Assembly (NCBI RefSeq): GCF_964213995.1
Contig: NC_135802.1
Coordinates: 57,474,001 to 57,538,000 of the forward strand
DNA length: 64,000 bases
From: Mustelus asterias
Lineage: Eukaryota
Direction of reading: 5' to 3'
Shown: piece after piece, positions 50,166 to 62,884 of the stretch
Layout of the letters: each line of letters starts with the position of its first letter
Position numbering within the stretch: the stretch's first letter is position 1
Notes under the pieces: generated by a model
Seen by the model: the letters and a program-made list of their open reading frames with translations, nothing else
What the model was told of the DNA's origin: nothing
Database searches by the model: none
Translations under genes and position numbers: made by a program

Positions 50166-51574
50166 GTCCTAATAAGTCACCAGATTCAATCGTGCGAAAT
50201 TAATACTTGTTCCTGGTCTCCTCGTCAGTTTTAGGCTAAAAAAAAAACAAGACTTTTCTTAAAGCAATGGTAATGTAAGAATATACAATCCTGCCAGGGC
50301 TTTATTGAAACGGGTAAATAATCTCCAAAAATGTTCCATTCCTGTACCAAAATTATGAACGATGTAAAAATACAAGATGATTTTCAGTTAATCAAATACC
50401 GAAAAAGAGCATTTGCTGAAAATCTGAAACAAATAGGAAATACTGGAAATCTACAGCAAGTTAAATCAGTATTTGTAAAGAGGAAAGACATTAATGTTTA
50501 GTGTACATCAGAACTGGAACTACCTACCCCACCCCAGAATAAGTGAAATCCAAGGCATTTTTGATTCTACCCAATTGAAATAACTGGGAAAAATAGAAAA
50601 TTCTCACGGGTGCATAGTAAAACTTTTGCTAACAACCAGGATGTTTTTCTCTGCTTGTTCCTTCAAGATGTTGTCAAGTAAGCCTTTACGCCACAAGCCT
50701 GGTTTCTTCTATCATTTCTCCACATTGTTCTTCCAAATGGCTAGCGCAACAGCTAATTGGTTTGATTACTCTTCAATAACTAAAGGTGCAAAAAGTGAAA
50801 TAAGGCTCAAAAATTGGAAGCAAAGTACAGAAGACGGAAAAGAAAATCAATTCAAAATTCTGAGAATTGGTTCTTTGATACCCACCTTGCAGCACTTCAG
50901 ATGGAAAGTGCTTCTGGAGTGCCCAATTGTTTGTGCAATTATTCAAATGTACCGCTTGAATCTCAGACTAAGGTGGTCTCAGATTGGATACTTATTCTAT
51001 TGAGTTAAGTGGTATCAAGTGGATTGAAATTGGGATGCTACAATTAGTACTCCAGGTACAGGAAAAGTCAGTTCTGAAACAAATTTTGAAAAAAGCCATT
51101 TCTAAACTTTTTACAAAGTCCAACTTTGCCTGAAATATTGCTTTATTCATTCTACTGCACATTTCCTACACAATAAACAAGATGAGGGTAAAAAGTGAGC
51201 CAGTGTGGTTATTCCACTGGGGGTCTTGTTTCAGAAACTCTATTTTTAAAAGACAAAATGATCTATTACCACCTTGAACATCAAGATTACGGAAAAATTG
51301 GAACAACATGTTTTAAGCAAGTTGCTATATAATTGGACAACAAATCTCTGTTCACAAAACCTATTTTTAGCTCAAATTTGTTTGACAGGGTTAGTCCTTG
51401 ACAGGCTCAGTCCTCTGATGTTTCCATTAGCAAGTATTCAGACTATGCCTAATTCATATCAACAACTTCCTCCATTCGTTATCCAATCGCGTCTACTTTC
51501 ATCAATAACTCCACTTTACATTCTTATGATCAATCTCCATAATTCAGTGCAGTGGAATTCGTGTTTGCCTTAGT

Positions 51575-53228
51575 GGGATAATGCAAATCATATTAATGTT
51601 ACCAGAGAGGCAGTGCTGGGTAGACTAATGGGACTGAAGGTGGACAAGTCCCCGGGTCCGGATGGAATGCATCCCAGGGTATTGAAAGAAATGTCAGAGG
51701 TAATAGTGGATGCGTTAGTGATTATTTATCAAAACTCGTTGCATTCTGGGGTAGTGCCGGTTGATTGGAAAACGGCAAATGTTACGCCGCTGTTTAAAAA
51801 AGGAAGGAGACAAAAGGCGGGTAACTATAGGCCGGTCAGCTTAACGTCTGTAGTAGGGAAAATGCTGGAATCCATTATTAAAGAGGAGATAGCAGGGCAT
51901 CTGGATAGAAATGGTTCGATCAATCAGACGCAGCATGGATTCATGAGGGGAAAGTCGTGCTTGACGAACATGTTGGATTTTTATGAAGATGTGACTAGGG
52001 CGGTTGATGGAGGAGAACCGGTGGATGCGGTGTTTTTGGATTTCCAAAAGGCGTTTGATAAGGTGCCCCATAAAAGGCTGCTGAAGAAGATTAGGGCACA
52101 CGGAGTTGGGGGTAGTGTGTTAAAGTGGATTGGGGACTGGCTATCCGACAGGAAGCAAAGAGTCGGAATAAATGGGTGTTTTTCCGGTTGGAGGAAGGTA
52201 ACTAGTGGCGTGCCGCAGGGATTGGTACTCGGGCCGCAACTATTTACCATTTATATAGATGATCTGGAGGAGGGGACGGAGTGTAGGGTAACGAAGTTTG
52301 CAGACGACACAAAGATAAGTGGAAAAGTGAATCGTGTGGAGGACGGAGAAGATCTGCAGAGAGATTTGGACAGGCTGAGTGAGTGGGCGAGGATATGGCA
52401 AATGGAGTATAATGTTGAGAAATGCGAGGTTATACACTTTGGAGGAAATAATAACAAATGGGATTACTATCTCAATGGAAACAAATTAAAACATGCTACC
52501 GTGCAAAGGGACCTGGGGGTCCTTGTGCATGAGACGCAAAAGCCCAGTCTGCAGGTACAACAGGTGATCAAGAAGGCAAATGGGATGTTGGCCTATATCG
52601 CGAGGGGGATAGAATATAAAAGCAGGGATGTCGTGATGCACCTGTACAGGGCATTGGTGAGGCCGCAGCTGGAATACTGTGTGCAGTATTGGTCCCCTTA
52701 TATGAGGAAGGATATATTGGCATTGGAGGGAGTGCAGAGAAGGTTCACCAGGTTGATACCGGAGATGAGGGGTTTGGATTATGAGGAGAGGCTGAGGAGA
52801 TTGGGTTTGTACTCGTTGGCGTTTAGAAGGATGAGGGGGGATCTTATGGAGACTTATAAGATAATGCGGGGGCTGGATAGGGTGGAGGCGGAGAGATTCT
52901 TTCCACTTAGTAAGGAAGTTAAAACTAGAGGACACAGCCTCAAAATAAAGGGGGGTCGGTTTAAGACAGAGTTGAGGAGGAACTTCTTCTCCCAGAGGGT
53001 GGTGAATCTCTGGAATTCTCTGCCCACTGAGGTGGTGGAGGCTACCTCGCTGAATATGTTTAAAGCGCGGATGGATGGATTCCTGATCGGTAAGGGAATT
53101 AAGGGTTATGGGGATCAGGCGGGTAAGTGGTACTGATCCACGTCAGATCAGCCATGATCTTATTGAATGGCGGGGCAGGCTCGAGGGGCTAGATGGCCTA
53201 CTCCTGCTCCTATTTCTTATGTTCTTAT
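51575..53228 (+). mobile_element. Young 5'-truncated CR1 LINE with an intact 507-aa RT ORF
   Basis: ORF 51613-53136: KSPGPDG, NYRPVSLTS, QHGF, DFQKAFD, GVPQG, FADD, natural stop and TTCTTATG tail. Confidence 0.97.
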
Positions 53229-53664
53229 ATCCCTTTCAAAATATTCAATTTCAGATTTCTCATTTCCTCTCGTGTTTCCTCCATCCTTGATGCAAAAATA
53301 ATTAATCTCAAATGGAACTCTTAGATCACTTCCATTGCCAAACTTACTTTTAAACTGTTTGCACTTTCACGCTTATGCTCTACACAAAAATCTAAGTCCA
53401 CCAAGGAATTCAACAGTACTTCAATAAAAAGGAAGGCACAAACATCCTTTTTTGTACTGTGGCACAAAATACAGGGTTTGTTTGATGGATCCTTCCTTTA
53501 CCTCAACCTCCCATCACAAATACCTAGTCTCCCACTAACTTGTTCTTTCCCAAGGTCTCAATTGTGAATCATTCCTATCTCTGTAGTTTTTCACTATACT
53601 GATTTTCAGAAAATTCTGGTTAAAATACAGCTGGAATAGAGGCAAGATTTCTGCATGACAAGAG

Positions 53665-53998
53665 ATAGAATTACAAAATCCCAGTGTAGGAGTCATTCAG
53701 CCCTACAAGTCTGCACTGACACTCCGACAGGGTGGGAGGCCTTGGTAAGATGCTCTCTGTAACACTGCACATTTACCCCACTAATCCCTTTAACCTACAC
53801 ATTTTGGGACACTAAGGGGCAATTTAACATGGCCAATCTACCTAACCTGTACATCTTTGGATTGTGGGAGGAAACCAAGCACCCAAAGAAACCCAGGCAG
53901 AACATGCAAACTCCATACAGAAAAACACCCAAGCCCAGAATCGAACCTGGGTCCCTGGCCCCATGAGGCAGCAGTGTTAACCACTGTGACAGCATGCC
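53665..53998 (-). mobile_element. HE1-type SINE (older copy)
   Basis: GGTTCGATTC B box and central domain. Confidence 0.8.
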
Positions 53999-55179
53999 AC
54001 CTTAGCTTGCACCATTTTCCCCAAGAAACTGTATGATTCTTCATAACGTTGGCAAGAGTTTTACATTTTGTTTGTATTCCTTTCACAACTCAATACTTTG
54101 TATCCTTTTTATTGTTGTTTTAACCCAATCTACTAGATTTCCACTTTGTACTGATACAATCTTCTCTTTTAGCTTTTCTTTTTTGACAGCCCCGCAGGAT
54201 AAAGGATGACTTTCTTTCATTCTGGTTTGATGGATTTTAAAATAACTGAGTCCAACACACAATCGGCAGACTGCCATTTGTGGAGCAGATGATGCTTGAA
54301 GGGTTGGGTAGGTAAGTTGCTTGGAGGTTTGTGCACACCCTTTAACACCTCAACTTCACCTCTGCACATTCCTGAAATCTCTTGATCTGCTTCATTTTAG
54401 TCAGATGCCAAGGTCACCCAATCAGTTGGTGGTTATGTTTGACCATTTCAGGCATACTTTGATGACATCGCTAAAGAGTTTAATCAAACTTGAAACTATG
54501 GCCATGGTTTACTGGGTTCTTGTATACTTCGGAGACTTGGTGGATGACATACTGCAAGCATTTCAAAGCACTGGCGAAGTACCACCAGCAGTGTCTTCTC
54601 AAATCCTCGGGCAAGAAAGATGGTCCAACAGCAGTATTTTCTCCCAAGCTAATTTACCCAGCTTCAAGGCACTAATCTACTCTTAGCTTTATACTGTATC
54701 TTATGTTTGCTGAGCATTATTTCACATCTAAACAAGTGCAGTGTATCTTTTAGGGGCATGTACTGGTCTTGCATCAAATATTTTCCTTGAATACCTCCCA
54801 CTGTTTTTAGGTTACCGGTTAATAATTCAGCCCAATTCATCAGTTTATGTCCCTTTCTTAGTTTATGACTCATCCTCCTCTCTTTGAAACGTCCATTCAT
54901 TTCTAATTCAGTCATGTATGGTTACTATTCACAAGAAGTTGTCTTACTGTCAGATTGTGTATTTGACCTGGCTCATTGCTCACCACTAAATCCAGTATGG
55001 AAATAATTCGAAAAGCAAAGATTAATTAAACCGGGGAAAAAAACTAAACTGAAAGCAAGAGTTCAGGTCAATTAGCAAGACTACGTCTTAATTTTTTTTT
55101 GTATTGCAAATAATTTAATCTGAAACAGTTCCTAGTTTCATAAATATTAACTAGTAAGACTGGAATTTGCTGTTACCTA

Positions 55180-55530
55180 TGGGGAGACAGTGGTGTAGTG
55201 GTAATATCGCTGGACTAATAATCCAGTTGCCTAAATTAATGCTCTGGGGACAGATTAAAATCCCATCACAGCAGCTGGTAGAATTTAAATTCAATTAATT
55301 CCTCTGGAATATAAAGCTAGTCCATGATAACTATTATCGATTGTTGTAAAAAGCCATCTAGTTCACTCTCCTTTATGGAAAGAAATCTGCAGCAGCGACT
55401 AATTACCTGGACTCACCTACATGTGATCCCAGACCCACAATGCGGTTGACTCAGCGAGACAAAGGGCAATTAGGGATGGGCAAGAAATGTTGGCATTCTT
55501 AGGAACACTCACATTCCCTGGAAGAAAAAA
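55180..55530 (+). mobile_element. MER131-like SINE
   Basis: GGGGAGACAGTGGTGTAGTGGTAAT head, CCATCTAGTTCAC core, GGGCAATTAGGGATGGG tail. Confidence 0.72.
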
Positions 55531-58096
55531 CTTGGCAAGATTTTATTTTTTTAAAATTGGCACCCAGTGTTTTTTAAATGATCAGAAAACGGCAAAAAAT
55601 CAGAAAGTCTCAATTCTACAGTCAGTCACAAAATAGTGAAAAGTAGGGCAAGTATACAACAATCATTGCATTGAGAGTTAGGACTGATTTAATAATCATG
55701 ATTTTAAAAGGTTAGCCATGATTCCCATCTACTGAACACTAATAAACTTATAGCAAGGACCAGAGTATAAGGACAAGATTGTACACTGAGTGCAGTCTTT
55801 TGAATATTGCAACAACACTAGCCAGAGATTCGTTTACGAAGAAATAACACTAAAGCAGGCAGCTGGAGAGCTGTTTGCATCCAGCAACTGCACCCCGGAA
55901 TAATTCAGCATGTGCAGGAAGCAATCAAGGAAAGAATGCTGGTAGTATCCTTTATGACAATATTCAGTTGTGATGCAATCACTCAAGGATTTTCTTTTGG
56001 AATGTCTGCTCCAGCCAGCTGATTTCTGTAAGACAATCTAACTACACTAAATAACTTTTACATACAGCAGCTTTAAACAGATTACATCACCAAAGATTAA
56101 TAACATATTTGTTCTTTGAAGCTATTTCAATGTGGTTAAATTAGGTAATGCAGAAGACATCAAGAACATAGTATTTCCTTTGCATCGAGATATGGTAAAA
56201 AAAATGCAGCAAATGAAATCATAAAAATGCTTGGATCACCTGAAATTTAGGAGCCAGTGATCATCATTACAAGGGTAACTGATCCCAATCAATCTCCATT
56301 GTAACTTAAAAGTTTGCTTTCGCATTCTTGAAGACTGCGAACACAGGTCCTCAGACTATAATGATTTATGAGGGAAACATCCCTCCAAAAACAGTTTCAA
56401 CTTTCATTTCATAACAATCGAAGGATAGATTGTTGACAGATCTAAAATCTTCCACTGAAAGCATCAGTGGTCAATCTATTTCCAGACAGCTTAATGAAGC
56501 CGAGTAGAGAAATATTTTATTGCAATGACTAAGATCAGCAGCTTAGAAGATATTGGGCATGAACCCATTTTATAACGGATCTCACCAACAACTCGAGTTA
56601 CAGCATTTCAGTCAAAATGGAAAATAAAAAAATCAAGAAAATTAGTACCTTGCTGCAGTTAGTAAATATCGGGTTCATAATTTGAACAACAGCTTTTGTG
56701 GCTCTTTATAGCAACAGCTACCCGTCACAAACACATCTGATTAACAGCACATAGGCAGACACCAAAATCATAAAAATGACATGGAAGAAAAAAGCTAGGG
56801 GATCTTTTATTTCATTGCTGATGGGAGAGTCAGAACTCTGTTTTATTTAGGATGTAAATATAGTGTGATGTTGGCTGTCAGTGATCAAGATATGCATTTG
56901 ATCGATGACAGCATAGCAGGAAGATTGTGTTTGCAGTTTGGGAGGGACTTGAGGATTTGGAAGACAACAGTCATTGAAATGGAGCAATGAAAAGTAGGCA
57001 GCAGCAGTGACTAATTGAGAAAATAAGTAAGGTGGAAGACAATGTTCAAGGTAATTTTTGGGATTATAAAAATATTAGAGGAAGTAATTGTGGATGGCGT
57101 AGCTAGCATTGGGGAAAGTCATGGTATGAGGCAAGTACGGTATTTAAGGGAATAATTAATGAGAAGGCAGCCAAAGGGCAGGGCAAGTTTGGATGGTGGA
57201 CATTGAAAAATAGTTACTTTCAGAATAAGTGCATAGGACACCAAATTTATAGCTTGGAGACGAACAGTATTAGAATACACCACGGGAACAGAAGTGAGTG
57301 ATTCAGCCCTCTTCAGCCTGTTGCACCATTCAAAATCCTGAACCCCCTCTCGAACAGCACTGTGGGTGTACCTACACCAAGTAGACAAGGTGGCAGCTCA
57401 CCACCACCTTCTTATTAGGCAATTAGGGAACTCTTTTTGTCCAACCAAATAAACAAAATCAAATTAATGGACAATAAGTGCTGACCTAATCAGTGGTACC
57501 TACATCCCATAGATGGTCTGTATTGACTTCAATTACTCATCTTTCCGCTGGTGGCAGTGGAGAATGCAGCAGTTGCTAGAATTACAACAGTAAGATAGGA
57601 CCAGTTATGGTTTGAAAAATAAGAGAGTCAGATTAAGAAATGGATATGGATCCTCAGAAGGACATCATGGATGAGTGAAGAGGATTGAATCCAACAGAGG
57701 AGGTATTGAGCAGCAGGGTGGAGCAGTCATGGAAAAGTGGATGGAGAGCAGAGCTGGGTCTCCAAGCTATGAAGCAAAATTAGTGACAAGACAACTCCTA
57801 ATGTTGCATTTAAAAATTGGAAAATATTGTTTTATTATATTAACGAATCAAGTGGTGTCAAAACCTGGCTAAGATCCAGAAATTACTGGTTAAGACTCAG
57901 GAACACTTTAATAAAATTATAAATATGGGGAAGGCAAAAAAACTCCCAAAAATGTAATTACTTACAACAATCACTCATATCACATATCCTATTATGAATT
58001 CTTGCAAATAAAATGAGCTAAGGCAATTTCATTAAATGTTCCATTACAGGACAAATTTCTAGCAGCATCTAAAGTGACTCATTTACAATGAGTACT

Positions 58097-58423
58097 TAGA
58101 AATCCTACAGCACAGAAAGAGGCCATTTGGCCCATCGAGTCTGCACCGACCACAATCCCATCCAGGCCCTACCCCCATATCCACCCACTAATCCCTCGAA
58201 CCTACGCATCCCAGGACACTAAGGGCAATTTTTTAGCATGGCCAATCAACCTAACCCGCACATCTTTGGACTGTGGGAGGAAACCGGAGCACCCGGAGGA
58301 AACCCACGCAGACACGAGGAGAATGTGCAAACTCCACACAGGCAGTGACCCAAGCCGGGAATCGAACCCAGGTCCCTGGAGCTGTGAAGCAGCAGTGCTA
58401 ACCACTGTGCTACTGTGCCGCCC
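58097..58423 (-). mobile_element. HE1-type SINE
   Basis: Complete copy. Confidence 0.92.
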
Positions 58424-60339
58424 TACTATTCCATAGAAATGAGATCTGAACAACTGTTTCCCAAAATTTGCAGAAAGCTAAAATCTAAATCATAGCTACG
58501 CTTTTCACATTGTTATTGTTCATCAAGTTACCTTAAAATTATTTTGGAAGTTACGGTAAAAATGCCCATGATAAATGGTTTTAGTATCTGTTGCTGCAGG
58601 AGACAATACACTAAATTGACTATTATGCTCTCAACTGCAAATATCAAAAGTTAAACAATTTGCATTACAGCTGTTCATCATCCTTTACAGAATGTTTTCA
58701 CGAACACTTTAAAAAACATTAGATAAATATCCTGTTGCTTCAATGACCTTTGCTGCACTTACTGCTCTGATAAAATTTTAGACAAAAGATTCATACAAGA
58801 GAAACCAGTGTAGATTACAATTGAATAGGACTGACATACTAAAGCTATATTAAACTTAAGGGGGCAAGAGTCAAAATAATAAGATCATAAGAAATAGGGA
58901 AATAATTTTAGCAACAAGGTACATTATGTTGCAAACAAAAATGATTAATGACTTAAAATTAGAATGCATTAATTTGGAACAAACATGCAACTTTTAAGAG
59001 TCTGTACAGTAACCAAGCAGTATTGGAGATGTTCTAGCACCTGACTGCTAAATACTATTCTAAAGTTGTTAAAAACAAAAATAGACTATAGAAAGGGTAT
59101 AGTTACATACTTGAATAGCAGCATACCTGTTCATTTTGCAGTCAACCTATGTGGAAATTAAGCATCAAGTAATTTAAGTATACTTATTTTTTCCCTTTAA
59201 GTTTCAAGCATCCTTATTCGAAGTTGAAAATCTTAACTGGTCATCTGTTGAATAGACTGTCAAGTGTTCACCTAAGGGTCACCATTTAACTTTTACGCTT
59301 TCTCAGAAATATAACTAGCTGCAATATAGCTGCTGCCCTATAATCAAATGTTTTAGTTGTTGGCTGCCATCACAAACTTTCACTTGAGAAAATAAGCAGG
59401 ACATCCTGTTTGAAAATGGAATCAAATTGCTAAACATTTTCAAGCTTCCACTTGTAATTCAACGAAAACCAAGACACTGGGTAGAAAAGGATCTTGAGGA
59501 ACTTGCATTTTTAAAAAAAATTGCTGCAAGATAGATATGGCCATGTTTTAGTCAGCACAGAGTAGGATCACAAAAAAGATTCTGTTTAAAGATTTTCTGC
59601 TAAGCATGATGACTCAATTTAATTGGAACTACCACTGAATAGTATCAAGTAAGGTTACTTAACAAGATTTCCAGAAATTCGAAGTAATAATTACAAGTAA
59701 ACCAAAGAATCAGACCGAACCAACCTTATTTTCTCACTACTTACATACTCAGTTGTTCCCAACCTACTGAGTGGTCCCAGCATTTTCAATTATTTCAGAT
59801 TTCCAGCTTCTGCAGTACTTTGGTTTTACAGATGATTACTTTCATTTACTCAAAAATTTCAGTTAACATGCAATTCTTTGCCATCCAGTTCTATAACCTT
59901 ACGAGGTTTGCTGTACCAAGTGGACAGAATGTTGACCTAGCAGCAACCGAATTCCTAATTGAGCTCGTGTGACATTAATTTTGTTCAAACATAGGTGAGA
60001 CAATCTTGAAGCAACTTAACATATTGTTATACTTCAACGCTATCTGGGAAACAATGAATCGTTAGCTTTAAAATAAATGTTAATCCGTTTTCGCATTCCG
60101 ATAATTGGCACCGTGTGATTTAATGTACTTCAAGAAATTGCTTACAAAAATGAACAGAGTACATCACCTGCGAGCACTCTCACACTGGCTCCACTAGAAT
60201 GGAAAGGGAAAGGTTGTTTACTGTCCCTTCCCATTTTACAAGCAAGCCCACAGTTGATGATAAAAGCTTTGACATAATAACTTTGCGAAAGAAGAAGCTT
60301 GCTCTAGTTACACAGCTTACGTCATCCCAGACTTACAAC

Positions 60340-61035
60340 AAAAACACCGGGGCCTGGAGGAGAAAGCGTCGCCGACCGGCCTGCCAGCGGGGGAGACAGG
60401 GGGGGGGGCAACCGGGCGAAGGCGCGGCGAGAGGGGATGCGGTCGGTAGAGGGTCAAGGGCGGGGTGTCCGGGTGGAGAGATAGGGGTCCGGGTGAAGAG
60501 AGAGGGGGCTGGGCGGGCGCCAGGGGTTCAAGGGCGGCGGCCCGGGCCACCATAAACCAACAGCACCGACTGTGAAATTGACCCAGCCCAACCCAAGCCC
60601 AATCTCGGAGGCTTCTCCCCTCGGCGGCCTCCATTCGGCGCTCGGTCTGACCGGTTTCTCGCCCTGGGTTTTGTTGTCGGTTCTACGTAGCCGGGAGCCG
60701 CCATTTTGCAGCGACTTCACTGACAGCCCGAGAGCCCGGGGACGGGGCTGCGGCTCCAACTCGCTGCTAAAATTAATGGGGAAGAGGAGGAGGAGCAGGG
60801 TGGGAAAGACAACAGGAACAAATCGCCCAACTTCCAGCATCCGACTCCTTACCGACTGAAGGCAGCGAAGGTCAGGTGGGTTCGGGGCCGCTCTCCCCGC
60901 CCGGCCGCTATGACATTAATCCGGGGCCTAGCGACTGCCCAAGCGCCCGCTCCGCCTCAGCACTCACACCGGAACTCATTGACACACGCATCACCGCCGC
61001 GTCACCTTCCGCTGCCTCTCGCACATGCGCGTTCC
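60340..61035 (-). promoter_or_regulatory. RAB5A: CpG-island promoter and probable non-coding exon 1 of RAB5A (candidate donor TCG|GTAAGG at 60853/60852)
   Basis: Sharp GC/CpG rise 10 kb upstream of the ATG exon; YY1 motif 60697-60708, ETS CTTCCG near 61006, NRF1-like GCACATGCGC 61021-61030. Confidence 0.75.
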
Positions 61036-61084
61036 ACACACTTGGCTACTTTTGCTACTTGTGAATTTGGGAGGTGTGTGTCTG

Positions 61085-61450
61085 GGTGCCAGTTTGGCTA
61101 AGATGGGTGGCACGGTAGCACAGGGGTTAGCACTGCTGCTTCACAGCTCCACGGACCTGGGTTTGATTCCTGGCTTGGGTCACTGTCTGTGTGGAGTTTG
61201 CACATTCTCCTCGTGTCTGTGTGGGTTTCCTCCGGGTGCTCCGGTTTCCTCCCACAGTCCAAAGATGTGCGGGTTAGGTTGATTGGCCATGCTAAAAATT
61301 GCTCTTAGTGTCCTGAGATGTGTAGGTTAGAGGGATTCGTGGGTAAATATGTAGGGATATGGGGGAGGGCCTGGGTGGGGTTGTGGTCGGTGCAGACTTG
61401 ATGGGCCGAATGGCCTCTTTCTGTACTGTAGGGTTTCTATAATTCTATAA
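61085..61450 (+). mobile_element. HE1-type SINE abutting the CpG island
   Basis: Complete copy. Confidence 0.9.
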
Positions 61451-62884
61451 GCTCAAGATGGGTTGCAATGCCTCATGTCAGCTTGGATCTTGCTTGTCTC
61501 CCTTTTATGGGGACCTTGAATTGGATTCAGTTGGATTTTGAATTTGGTTTTTGGGGCAAGCAAGGAATGGATTTAAGCTTGCCTGGTCCATTCTGATCAT
61601 TGGTTTTAAAATTAAGAATGGAGTAAAAATAAAAAAGACACTTGCTCATGATAAATATTGTTCACTGATTTTTGTTTATCATTAAAAATAACAAGACTTC
61701 ACATTTTTGTAATGGTAAGTCCTAATGAACTTATCACCATGCTGAAAGGTTAACTTCCCCCCACAGATGCTGCCTGACCCGCTGAGCAGATCCAGCACTT
61801 TCTGTTTTTTTATTTCAGATCTCCCAGATCCATATCAGTCTGCTTATATATATTTGTGCCTCTTTTTTTTCTCATATTGAAAGCCCAAATTTAAGCACTA
61901 TTAATGAAAATGGCTTTGCAAGGGAGAAAAGGGCCATGGGCAACAGGAGAAATGGTTTAGGCCTCATTTTCAGTTCAAGAATCAAGTGTATTTCAAGTTT
62001 TTAGGAGGAAAACTTCAAACTTTCTAAATTGGAGGAAATCTTATGGGAGGACGTGATATGATTGCAACCAGTATTCAATTAATTAATCATATCTAGGGGG
62101 GAACTTAAAATTAAATAGCATAGGAGCATGAATGATGATGAATTATTCAGTGAATTAAAATGTGAGGATTATAGTGTTGCAAAATGATTTTAAAACCAAA
62201 TTGTCATGAGTAGACATGTATATCCAGAGTGCCACATCACCAGTCAGTGCACTAAAACAACAATGTATTGTCCCACACCACAGCACATGGTGAGATCTGG
62301 AAAAATATATTTGATCCTGTGATGTAAGCTCCCGTATTTGTGTCTAAAAGTGGAATTATTTTGAACTTCTGGGAATCACAAGAAACATGGTGGCATGAGG
62401 TGTTTGTGCATAAAACACAAACATTATAAATGAAATAAATGCTGAATCAGATTTGGAAAAAATGATCCAAATTCATGCCAGAGAAAGAGAGAGAGAAACA
62501 TGAGTGCATGATGTGAAATAGAAACAGCTGCTGCTGTCACGGCAATGAATGTGTAGCTCCAGCCCAGGATGATCTGGAAGGCTGATGATGTTGTATGTTG
62601 CATTTATGAAGTTTAAACAAAAATGCACATTAACACTCACTAATTTTCTAAAAGACACTCATGAAGAAGTGTCAGCTTAATATTTCTGTGGACAGGAGAG
62701 AAAAGCTTCAGTAGGCTAATCTAACCTTTTTGCGTGAGTGGCCACATTTCCATATTTTTCTTCCTCAAGGGGCTGATGAGCAAATAACAGAAAGATAAGG
62801 TTTGATACAGAATTAAACATGATTTTAAAACTACCTTTGAAGTACAAAGAAAATAAATAACTTGCTGAGCAAAGATAAAGCAAT

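Noticed and set aside
60199-60859. 95-128 aa ORFs on both strands of the CpG island
   Set aside because: Stop-codon scarcity in GC-rich DNA; no domains.
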